A stretch of DNA of 64,000 bases from Octopus sinensis (Eukaryota): assembly GCF_006345805.1 (NCBI RefSeq), contig NC_043003.1, positions 51,708,001 to 51,772,000 of the forward strand, given 5' to 3'. Each line of letters starts with the position of its first letter. Positions within the stretch are counted from its first letter, which is position 1. The notes below the pieces were generated by a model. It was not told the origin of the DNA and ran no database searches. It saw only the letters and a program-made list of their open reading frames with translations. Shown piece by piece: positions 12,560 through 25,679 of the stretch. The position numbers and the translations under genes were made by a program.

Positions 12560-13930
12560 TTCAAGGAATATTGTGATGTCTAGATTGTATATAAATGTTG
12601 CATGGATGGGGAAGGTTGAGGGAGAAGGAAGGATGGCATTATCTGCATAGAAGTATCATAGGAAGTAACAGTAAGTAGGTCATTGATGTAGAGAAGAAAG
12701 TGGGGGATAAAACTGAACACCAGAGGATGTCAGACAGATTTGATTGAGTAAGGAATAGAAAGCACTCCAGCAGCAGTGCATGTTGGGAAATACAATCTGT
12801 TAAGAAGCTACTGATCCATGAGATGAGACACAATGAAGCACATAGGTAGATATTTTAAATATATGAGATATGGTTGAAAGTCTTTGCTGATATCAAAGGC
12901 AAAAATCATTGCTTTCACTAAATTTTCCAAGGTGAGAGCTCACTGGTGGGTGACAAATGATAGTAGGTCACCGATGGATTTAGCTTTATGGAACCTGTAC
13001 TTGTGGTCACTGATGAGAAAGATTCCAGTTGTTGAACAACATTGCAGTTAACGGCTGTCACTAGCACTTTAGAAATATTGGTTTTAAATTTTGGCAGAAA
13101 GCCAGGAATTTGTGGGGGAGGGGATAAGTTGATTACATCGCCCCCACAGAGTACTCAACTGGCACTTATTCTAAAGCATTTGGCTGGTAGGCAAACAATT
13201 CTACCAGCTTGTCACCTTATCACCTTAGAAATATTAATTTCTTTATTGCTCACAGTTGTCTAAACAGAGTGGACAAACAAAGGGATTAAGTCGATTTAAT
13301 CAACCTAGGATTAAGTCGATTTAATCAACCTTGAAAGGATAAAAGGCAAAGTCAACCTCAGCAGAATTTGAACTCAGAACATAATCGCAGACGAAATATC
13401 GCTAAGCATTTCACCCAGCATACTAACAATTCTGCCAGTTCACCACCTTAGAAATATTAAGTGCAATAGGATGATGCAATAGGATGATGCTTGGCAGAGC
13501 CAAAGAAATTCCCTTTCTTCAGAATGGGATACATTGCAATGTGTTTTTGAAGATTAGAGCATATATCTATCTGTAGAGAGAAATTGGTAAGTATAGTAAG
13601 TGTCTGGTTCTGGGGTGCAATGTTTAAGGGTAATGGAAAATACATTATATGAATATGTTGTTTCAGTACTTTGAAGCAACTAGATGTAGTTTTACACATG
13701 GCATGTATGTAAGCAAGGAAGGGTACATAGAAAGATGGGGTAAAATATATTTCGGAGGATATGTAAAAAACATTTGAAGGATATTTGGTTGAAAAATGAT
13801 GCAAGTGGTAAAACCAGAAAAAAATGTATTGAGCAAATAGTGAGATCAGAATTCAGGATGCCAAATATAAAAAAGCAACAATAAAGGACAGCAGCATATC
13901 GTGAGGTACTGTACTGGAACATACCTTCCC
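12560..13930 (-). mobile_element. Decayed CR1/L2/Jockey-group LINE reverse transcriptase, interrupted by SINEs at about 13060-13460
   Basis: Frameshifted motifs PILKKG...HHPIA, AFDISK, LISWISSFL, SVLSPT and YINDLL...YADN. Confidence 0.7.
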
Positions 13931-14878
13931 AACTTAAATAACAAAGAACAGCAGATTTAAAATCAAATTTTTAAAAAACAACAAAAACAGTTTATTTCTT
14001 TAACAATCTTTATTTCATTTTCACATTTTCTTTCATTATTTTCCACAAATTTTGATGTTTTATATTTTCGTTTTTTTAATATATCATTTATATATTTATA
14101 ATATTTACAGATAAATAAATAGATTGTTCAATACATTCGACAACTATGGTCACTATACAGGGAACACAACCATTGCAGACAGCTTGCTTCCTAACAGGAC
14201 AAATCCTGCGATGATTAATCCTTCCAAATATGGTAACTATTATACCAGTATATACACACACATATGCATATATGTATATATATATATATACACACACACA
14301 AACATACACATGTAAGCTACATATATATGTAACACACACGTGTAAATGTATATATATGTGTGTGTATATATATATATATATTCACACACACACACATATA
14401 TAAAGTACACATGTGTGTATGTATTAATGATGGTTATCAATAAAATATTAACAAAAATGATGATGTAATGATATACCCGTAGAAAACAGAAAAAAATGGT
14501 TTTCTATTTAATTCATAAAAAAATAATCTTTAAATTTATATACACACTTGCATATATAAATGTGTGTTTATTGATATATGAATGACTGCATTTGTATTTG
14601 TGTGTGTATCTATGACAATATTGTATATCAGTTTTTGATATGTACGTGTGTGTGTGTGTGTGTTGTGTGTTTATATATACATATATGTATGTACATATTT
14701 ATAAATATATAATACATCCACATACAGACACACACAAATATTTATATATATAGCTATACAGATACACATATTGTGTGTAAGTATATAAGTTTGTATGTGT
14801 GTGTGTGTGTATATATATATATATACACACACACACATACGTGTATATATATATATATATACATACATGTATATATAT

Positions 14879-14957
<79 letters not shown>

Positions 14958-17900
14958 CATATATATATATATATTTGTCAATATAACATATATCAGAAAA
15001 AGAAACACTCTAAAGAATAGAGCAGTAAGTATTAAACAAAGTTTAAGTCAGGTCATAGCGTGACCAATGGTTTCATATCGACGAAAGCTATAGGCTGTAG
15101 CTTTCGTGGATACAAAACCACTGATCACTCTATGGCCAGACTTTAACTTTGTTTTATATATATATATAAGGTGTGTGTTGTAAGAGTGTATGTGCATAAT
15201 TATGCTGTGAGTGTGTGTGCATGTGCACTATGTACATGCATACACAAATGCAATCCCCAGAAAAAAAAAATGCCTGCATATGTGTTTATCTTAGTCTGTC
15301 ATTAAACCTCAGGGCAACTGCAACAGCAGAAAAAAAAAGTTTAAAATATGAAATAATAAAGAAGCATGGATAGGGTGCATTTTTTTTGTATAACAAATAC
15401 TTTGTAAATACCTCCACCTTAAGGGACTTGAAAAATTTAAAACAAATTCTTAAAGAATTGCATCTATTCTACTGTATTGAATTAATGTTCTGATATAATT
15501 AGGCCAATACCCCCACAACAAAGCAAGCCAACAAGAGAGGGAAAGTGACTCTAATTACTAAACCCGCAATAAATTCCAGTCAGATGTTTCTCTTAAATTA
15601 CATCCCTGTGGCTTAAAAAAGAATGGATGCATTGGATAATGTAGCCCTAGAAACACTATACTCAATCATTCCACCACCACAAAAAGGTAAAAAGCCAAAT
15701 AGTCACAGCTAGAACATGTTTACTTGTAGGCATGCTCAATTGGAGCTGACCTGGTGCTAAACAATAACATTTTCACCATCGATGCCACTCCTAATCTGAG
15801 GGGCAAGAGATGTGCATGTAAGTGATCTGAACAAAGCTGGACCCATTATTTTATTTGGCATCCTGGATAATCAAACATCTGCAAGAAAGCAGCTTTCAGC
15901 TAGCCCCCATGATCGTCCTCAACATGGCCAACAAGACACAACAGAAACAACCATTTGGTAACATGAAATAATGAAGAAAATGTGACACAGAGACAGTGTC
16001 AAATATTTAGTTAAAAAGAACATTTTGTTCATTATTATTCACTGACCAGCTGAGTTGCCCCGTTCTTAATGTCAGGGTTTACAGCTACCTCTACCCCAGT
16101 TTCTGACTTTTGCCCTTCAACAGACAAACTGTTGAGCCAGTATTTCATACGAAAGAAACAAAGAAAATCAAGATGCAAATAAATAAATATATACATAGAA
16201 GAGCAGCAAACAGTTGCTAATTGCAGCAATGTTGTTGTCTTGTAGCTAACTGCACTGCAGTGAGACAGGTGAAAGCAGGAAGTCTTTTGAGCACCACACA
16301 TATGCAATCTGTCTAGTGTTGCAGTAAGAATCTAAATTATTCCACCCATTAACAAAAGAACAACTATAATTCTTTCCCTCCATCCCATTTTAAGGTTTGT
16401 TGAAAATAAATTTTTAAATAAATATTGCTTTTATTCTTCAGTCTTAGGGAGGTGTGAAAAAAAAAAAAAAAATTCAGAAGGAATTGATAAATACAAATTC
16501 TTTAAACAGGCAAATAAAAGCAAGGAAGTTGTTTACATATGCATTGCAATGCCTGAAATTGTTTGAGAGTTGAATTCTCATGAAAATAAAGCCTTGCAGT
16601 TGCTACTACATCTTCTCCAGAATGATGATAAATAATGGTAAAATTAGTAGATGAATCCCAACAACGAATATTGCACTGCTATATCTGATATTTTCCTTAT
16701 ATGCAGAACAATTGTACTTTCTGGAACATGATGTTGCGGTTGTTTTTATTGTTGTAGATTAATGAAATCGAAGTTGAAATATTGAGGTTTGACAGCTTCA
16801 GATACTGGTAGTATAATTTGTAATGAATGTAGGTTGGTGAGTGTCACATAGTGTAGTATGGTGTGGTGAGATGAACTGTAACATTATTTTATAGTTGTGT
16901 TGTATGTCTGTATCACTGCATAGTATAGTGATGTCTTTAAAGCATAATGTAGAAGTATAGCGATTGCATTTTAATGCACTGAATAATTCCAGTGGCCCAT
17001 AACAATAAAGTGCAATGTGATGCTGTGTGGTGCACAGTTTTAAATTGTTGTCATAATGTTTGGTTTTGGAAGGAAGTTCCTTTCCACCTTAAGGCCACAA
17101 CATGTATTGGTTGCTTGAATTGTTTCATTTGTAATAGTAAGTTCTTTTGTGTGACATTTCATAGAGGTAAGAATATGATGATGATGATTTTGATGATTAT
17201 GATGATGAGAATGATATTGATAATGACAATGATATACTGCACCAGTTTTGTTGTGGTTGTTGTTAAGGAAGATACAAACTATGAATTTACAGTGCATTAC
17301 TTGTTGTACAGATGCCCTTAACACCATCAATGTCTGTAGTTTAGTCTTATAATAACCCTCCAGCAATGTCTGCATTGTTGTCATATATTTTCATTCTCTG
17401 TACTGTGGGTAGTAGTCCACTCACAAATGGTGTCTGTACGCTTTTATTGAAACACTCCAATTGTAGAGTTTATATGATAGGAGAACACACCACTATTGTC
17501 TGTTCAATGGGAATACTCCTCTGCTACCTGCATTGTTGTCGAATAACCCACCACCAGTGGCTGTACTCTTGCTGAACACTCCACTATCAGTGGCTGTTCA
17601 ATTATCGAACACTACACTTCCACCAGAATTTATTTTACTGTTGACGAATACTCCAATCCCAGTTCTTCATCTGAAGATTGAATGTGTTGGCCTTTCTCAA
17701 TGCACATTCCAACCTATCTTGCACAAAGGATAAGTGCCTTCCACCGTATGCTGACCATTTTGCCCAAGAAGGTCTTGGTCATTATCACATGACTGGTAAA
17801 CAGCTCTAAGCAGAAGTTAAATCTCTGTGATGGTTGATAAAGTTAAATAACAGGGATGAGAGGGTTGATGGCAGTAGTTAGAAATTGAAGTTCAATAATC

Positions 17901-18976
17901 TGGTTGGTAAGGATGATATTTTGCATGAATATTTCTGAAAAGATAACAAAAATAAATAAATATCATTGAATAAATTAATTAGTAACAAGAATTTAAAGTC
18001 ATTGAAAAAATTATTTTCCTGTTTGTTTTATATTTATTTCAGCTGCCACTAAAGCTGTAGACCCAGGAAGACGTGGGATGAAGTGGTGAGAAAGAATCTT
18101 CAGATGCTGGACCTCACTGAGGAATTGACTAGGGTCTGGAAAGTGTGGCGATTTGCTGTACTTGAAAAGACGTGTCCAGCTAAGTAAAATTGTTGTCTTC
18201 CATACATACAGACTTGTCCTTTCAAGTGCTGATGCCACATACAAAGCATCCATGCCGGTGGGCCATAAAAAGCACCCATCACACTGTTAAGTGGTTGGCG
18301 TTAGGAAGAGCATCCAGCCATAGAAACCTCGCCACAACAGACAATTGGAGTCTGGACAGCTCCTGGTTGCCTAGTTACGTCATACCATCCAACTTTTGCC
18401 AACATGGAAAACAGATGTTAAACGATGATGATGATGATGATGATACTGTCCAAAACTTTTAATGGGGATTCAAACTTGGCTCCTATTAATCTCTTCACAG
18501 AAAATATAAAACAAAGCAGAATAATGTAGGTTTCACAATTGAAGGGAAATGAATCACAGTGAAGGGACGCAACTCTAACTGCTCATCATATACAGCCACC
18601 AACACTTCACATTTTTGATAGGACGCAGAGAGTAAGCTTGGAATACATGTACATTATGTAACGATCGTTTTGATCTTCGATTTTCATCATCTACCTTATT
18701 TATAGCGTTGGGTCTGCACAAAGAGCTAATAAAACGTGTAAATGATTATATATACATATATATATATATATAGAATAATAAATTTTAGTGGAGATGGTAC
18801 TACATGTAGAGTACAATTGTGATTTGGGCTTGTTTATGAGTTAAGGAGTAATAAAATTTTTAGTATAAGATAAAAAACTTTGGTTATCAGTAATTTACAT
18901 CCCAATAAACGAAATCATGCTTCCAGTGATTTATGAGACATGACTGGACGGGATACATTTGTCTTCTAAAAGTTTT

Positions 18977-19007
<31 letters not shown>

Positions 19008-19411
19008 CATACACACACACACATAAATATATATACATGCGATACACACACACACACAAATTCATACTGTTAATTCCTTTGTTGTTAGAGATGAGTAATT
19101 TACAATATTTACTTTTTCCTAACATATTAACAGAACAGTAGTCATTCCTTTTGATTTCTAGATAGAAGCAAATAAGAAACAACACTTACTGATCAAAGCC
19201 TAAAACAAAAAATTAAAATTTTGTTACAGTGTATTGAGTCTTTGTCCAACTCATACCTGTATGGAAAAGGTGGTGCAAAAGAATGGATAATTAAATATTC
19301 TAAAGATGGGTAATAATCTAGATTATCATGTTGATTGATTACGTTTTCAGTTGTATTGTTTCATAAAAGACTTATTCAACTTACTTATGTTAAATAATTC
19401 TATTTATTTTG

Positions 19412-19497
19412 CTATTTACTGCCGTCCGAATCTGAACTATCTTGTTCTTTAAGCTTCCGTCTTTTGCTTTTATAACTGTGTTCTTGCTCCACAGCAC
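19412..19497 (-). CDS. ptc: Patched last coding exon: [28 protein letters not shown]-stop
   Basis: cattccag acceptor in the matching phase (1); TAG at 19412-19414. Confidence 0.8.
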
Positions 19498-22400
19498 CTG
19501 GAATGAATAATTGAAAGAATTAGATCATATTGGTGAAATAGCTCTTATATACTCAATATAATGTAGAAATGGTGAAGCCTTAATATATTAAGACATTCTT
19601 ACAATAAGAACTGGTGAAAAAAAATCTTCTACAAAATCTCTCCTTACCTGGTAAAGGTGTGTGCACTTCAACTTTGACTGTAGCTGTGGCTTTTACTCTG
19701 GTTATATGTTTGGTGGGGACTTGGGGTGTTTCATAAGAGAAATTCTGAAAGTAGAATTAATAATAATAATAATAACAATAATAATTTATTTTACTAAAGG
19801 TGCAAAGCTTGAAATTTGGAGAGGGGAAATAAATGATTAGATCAACTCTCGTGCTTGACTAGTACTTTATTATCAACCCAGAGGGATGAAAAGCAAAGCT
19901 GACCTCAGAATTCTGCCAATCCACCACCCAAACACAAAGCCATAAACTTTGGAAATGGTTCCTAGTGTTTCACTGGTGTTTATTTTTTGAGTTTATTTTG
20001 GATTCGGAATGTAAAGAGATGAAACTAAGCATCACAAGGTATTTTGTTTGATGCTTTAGTGATTTTTGCCATTCCTCTAGCTTCTTGATATAATATTTTT
20101 ATTTTCTAAGATATGCATAAGCCCTCGGGTCGTTATGGAAGGAAATATTGACTAAATTGAACCAAGTAATAAGTACTAAATTGAACCAGTGCTTATTTTA
20201 TTGATCTCAGAAAATGAAAAGCAGAGTCAACTTTGACAGGATTTGTACTAAAAAAAACCCCCAAAAGAACATAACGGAAGTAAATAATTACCACAAGGCA
20301 TTTTGACTGGTATTCTACTACTCTACCTTCCATGGCACAAAACACTGGTAAAAGTGTGAGCACTTACATTGGCACAGTAACATGCATTTTGATACAGAGG
20401 GGTTACTATTACCTCTAGTTTTATAATCATTGTTCAGGAGAAAATCAAGGAATCATATAACAATATGTAAAGATATGTGTAGAGGAAGGGGGACTTACAT
20501 TATCACAAAAGTCTTTTTTGGTCTGTGTTGACGATGTGGTGATAGGAATGGTGGTAGTTTCAACAACCACTTCTGGCTGTACAATGATTTCATGTGAGGA
20601 GTACTGTGTAGGTTCTTCTGTTATAGTGCTCAGTGAAATATCTGAAGGCATTCGAGGATATATATGCCGGCTCACTGATTTGATAGGTCTTTCTCTTGGC
20701 CTTGGTGAAGGTTCTGGAGTAGGAGGCTCAATCATGTCACCATTATCTTTGGGTACAATCTTTAAGTAAAGCAGAAAAAAACAACATCAAAGTCAACACA
20801 ATTAATACTAGTATAGTTATCTTTCTTGTTTTAGATTCATTTTTTTTTTTCATGCTTGCATATAAGTGGGTTAGTGTCTATTAAACCTCGATGATTTTCC
20901 TGATGTTAACCACTCAAAAGAAGTGTGTGTGTGTGTGTGTGTGGTGGGTGGGGGTGGGGGAGTAGTGCCCTTGGTCATCACAATCCTTTCATGGCTGGTG
21001 AGATGAGATTGATACAGGCATCTAGTTTAACTATTTGTATATCAACACATCTGCAAAGAATTCCAGAGCCTTAATGCTTTGAGGAAGAAGGATTGAACAT
21101 GGTGGTTAGTATGGTGCCTGATAGGTAAGCTACAATAGGGCTGATGAGAGGATGAGAGATGAATTTCCAGTCTTGCTTGGAGTCACTGCTACACACAGTA
21201 GCTCTAATTAGTTGTTGGCGGAGATTAACCCCATGGCTAGTGGTCCAGTCATTTTGAAAATAGATAAATAAATAAAAAGTAAAAAGATCTATTATGATAA
21301 ATCAAAACAAATTCAAGTTACTGATAACATGTGGTAAATATAAAAATGGAAGTTACTGACTGAATTAGTAACTGTAAGATTGTGAGTTCAAACTTTAAAA
21401 CAGTAATTATATTGTAGTACAGTCTCCTAGACAAGGTATTTTAGATTCTTTTCTACTGCAGGCTGCTCAGTGAAAAACAGGGCATACCTCTCCAAGTCCC
21501 ATGATTCAATTTTACCAGACTATCTTGGATCCATTACAAATGAAAAGTGGAGGGGGAATGAAAGTAAGGAAGCACATTGGGGGAGTAAAAAATAAGCAGA
21601 GCCATGGCTCTTTGCAAGCTTACCTCACCAGGTGGACCGATCACAGAGAGAAGTACAGGTAAAAACCATAAACCATTTAGTAAACCTAAGAGTACCAACA
21701 CTGATAAAACATTGAAGATATATCTGAAAGAGTAAAATATAAAAGATATGAATTAAATTAAGCAACAAGGATATTAAGAGGTTGTGCAGTATGATCATTC
21801 GTAAATAAAACAATTTTTAGTTTTAAATACTTGAATTATTATACATTTTCTATAAATCTTCTCTATTGATGTTACTAAGTTGTATATATACTTCATCAGG
21901 GTTTTTAGTGATTAAGCTATTTTATATCCTTTTATATGGTGTTCTACCCTACCTGATCATTTTAATACTTTATAATTGCCTTGAGATAAACCTAAATTTT
22001 TGTACCCCTATAAATTCATACTTTAGCTTATATAAAACAATATGGTTATCTTCACAACTTAAAATTAAACTGCTTAGATTATAATTCAATTAATTTATAG
22101 TAAATTTGTCCTTTCACCTCAATGCTAAATCTTCTTGATAACCCTAAGTTTTAACTTTATACAAAATCGCTATATTGTTTAAAATAGTTTTAGTAATTAA
22201 TTTATTTATCCCTTCCTTAAAGTGTTCCATCTTCCTGATCTTTGTCTATCTCTTTACCTTCTTGGAGATTTTAGGTAAAATTATACTAATGTGTCCATCT
22301 GTTTTAATTTAATTAAATTCTATGTCTTTATGCAGCTGAGGATTACTCTGCATTTAAATTGATGTAATGATTGCATTGTTCAAGTAGTTGGAGTTGCTTG

Positions 22401-24919
22401 AAACGAGCGTACTGCATTACCTCTGGACATCCTTGTTGAGTATTTTAATTTTAATCAACTTATTTTGAAATTGTATGGATAATACCATACTAAATTCTGG
22501 TGCCTCAACTTAAGTACCATGTTCATCTGAATCTAAATTTTTGCTATAAAAGATATAAATAGATTCAGAAGAAAATAGACATTTTCTTTTAAATCTTATA
22601 ATGAAGTAGAATTAAAAGATAAAATTAGTAAGATCACAGTCTCAATGTTTATATCTTTATTATTTGTTTGCAATTGATAAGTGAAGTAAAGCCACTACTA
22701 ATTGTCATACATATATATTACACACATACATTCATGCTTCCATGTTAAATACAAAATGGCATGTTGGTTAATGTATCCTAGAAATACAATGTCTGATAAG
22801 TGGGGGTGGTCATGGTTACAATGTCTATAATCATAGACTTGTGCATTTACGACTAAACAACAACCACCACCACAGTTCTGTCTACCAGCCCTTTCTCTCT
22901 CTCTCTCTTGCAACTATCACTGACCATGCTTCCACAGAAGCTCACCCAAAGCTAAACAACAAGAACAATTATAGGTAAGAAAACTTACTTAATAATGAAA
23001 TCAAACTCTGCTCCTATTAACATAATGATCCCTAACAACGTTGACATACCGCCATGGACAACAGGGACGAAAGTGTGTTCCAGTGCTAACAACATACGGC
23101 GGTCTCTACTGCCCACAGATGTGATGAAACCCTGCAAAATAGAAATGAAACATTATCATCATGATAACCATTATCAACATCATCATCGTAACCATTATCA
23201 TATAACATCAATTACCATCACCTCTATGATCATATTTATTTTAATCCTCCTCCACAATAATCATCAATCCCTTCCTACTCTGCAAATATTGGTTTCAAAT
23301 TTTGGCACAAGGCCAATAATTTTGAGGGATGGAGTAAGTCAATTACTTCGAGCCCAGTGTCCAACTAGTACTTATTTTAATGACTTTGAAAAGATGAAAG
23401 GCAAAGTCGATCCTGGTGACATTTGAACTCAGGAATGTAAAGATGGACAAAGTGCTGCTAGGCATCTTGTTTGACATGCTAATGATTTTGCCAGCTTGCC
23501 ACCTTCTACTCTACAAATATTATCAACCCCTTCATCCATCCCAGTTCACCTTCTCTTCATTAGAATCAACATGTCAACTCTTCTGCTGCTACTGCTCCTC
23601 CTCTTTCTTCCCCTCCCCCTATTACTACATAGTCATGGCCATTGCCACCACAGTTAGTGCCACTGCTTGACATCACCAATAACACCCCCTGCCCTGAGGC
23701 ACAAGGCCAGGCAAGGTTGTTTTTAATGGAAGACCAGCAATCGCTCATGCATACTAGCCTCACCTCTCTACACCACTGATGTTATCTAAGGGAACAGCAA
23801 AGGCTGATGCAGCTTGGCACTAGTGATGTTGCAACTCATTTCTACAGCTGAGTGAACTGGAGCAATGTGAAATAAAGTTTCTTGCTCAAGAACACAATAC
23901 ATGGTCTGGTCCAGGAATTGAACTCACTACCTCATGATTATGAGCCTGATGCTCTAAACACTGAGCTATGAGCCTCCACTTTGACATACCATTAACACAA
24001 TTGCTATCAACAGATATAAAGCCTGCAGATTTATGACCATCACCACAACTATTACTACCAATTCCTACAGTGACCATCACCAAAGCCAATGACAAATTCC
24101 TATAATTTTGACCAGTATCTACATCTAGCACCACTAATGTCAGCAGTGACTAACATCGAAAACTATAACTAATGACGATGGCAAACATAAATACTCCAAC
24201 TGTAAGGTGGCATAAATCAAGCCACCTTTAAACAAACCAATGACAGATCTATTATATAAAATCCGTTCTGTCTGTCTGTGTGCGTGTCTTCTAGGATCTC
24301 GAGCATCCTCCATCTGATTGCGCTCAAATTTGATATGTAGATACCGATGGTATCAGGGTGAGTAAAAGTCTTGAAAAAATTACAAAAATCGATTCCAGGT
24401 GAGAATGCGAATATAAAGCCATGGGAAATCGTTTTTCTTTGGAATAGAAAAAAAGTCTATCTTTATTTCTTCTTTGTTGGTGTCTCAAATTTAGGTTAAA
24501 TCAGTGTTTCTCAAAGTTGAGGCCTGTGGGACGGTTGGACAAATTGTTTTCAGAAAATTTGGTTTAAGTGTTTGACAAATCAGCACCGTCCATTGGATGG
24601 GGGTGGGGGTGGTGTTTTGCTCGTGTGTGTAATATAAGCCATGCAGATGTTGTTACTGTTGCAATACTTACTATGCATACATGTGCAATAAATTCCATGC
24701 CAATGCCAACAGCTATGACCAAAGTAACTGCAGGCACTGCACTTAGCTTGATTCCTGCAATTCCCATAAAACCAAGGAGTTGTAACACCAAACAAAGCAG
24801 TATTGCCATCTACAAAAGAAAAATAAATATATCATACTGAGTGAACATCATTTTATGTGATAGGTTGGAAAGATTCTGGACATTATTAAAGAAGATGGTT
24901 AATGTGTGTGATAACATGA

Positions 24920-24959
<40 letters not shown>

Positions 24960-25648
24960 AAGAAAGAGAGAGACAGACAGAGAGTTTGTATTGTTGTCTA
25001 ATTCCAAATTAGCTCTGAATGAGCAGGCCTATGATCAACAAAAATGATCCAGCCAGTCATCACAGTTTGTTTATTTGTATATAACATATCCATCCATTTT
25101 TAAGATGATAGGATGTGACCTGAGGATACTTGGTAGCTATTTTTAACAGTTGATTCTTTAGAATGAAAATATAGTTGTTGTTGATTAATCCAAAGTTAAG
25201 CCTGATTATAAAAACCGTGTGATTATACACAGGCAAAAACTGTGCCAGAGCTTCCAGATATATAACAGTATATGGAAGTAGGGAGAAGATAAGAAAGAAG
25301 ACAATAATATGTAACGTGAGAGAGATTTGACTGCTATTTCTTTCAAATTCAGTAACCATGTAGTGGTTCCCATGGCAAAAAGAGTGAACAGTGTGAAGAG
25401 ATTCAAACAAGAGGGAAAAAATAAAATATACTTACCACAATTACAGCTATCCATAAGTTGACCAGTATGATAGCAATGACAAGGAATGTCATTATAAGGA
25501 TACACAAAATAGACAAGGAGAGGTACATGCGAAGGTGCAAATACTGTTCCCAGTAGGTAAAAGGGACCCCACGTGGATAATTAGGGAGACCTTTTCCTTC
25601 AAACTCCTTACATATGGAACGGATGTGCTGTAAGAAATAAAGATAAGA

Positions 25649-25679
<31 letters not shown>

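Noticed and set aside
16035-16307. Possible alternative last exon (LSVEGQKSETGVEVAVNPDIKNGATQLVSE)
   Set aside because: It would need a phase-2 donor, which the Patched C-tail exons do not offer, and shows no recognisable similarity.
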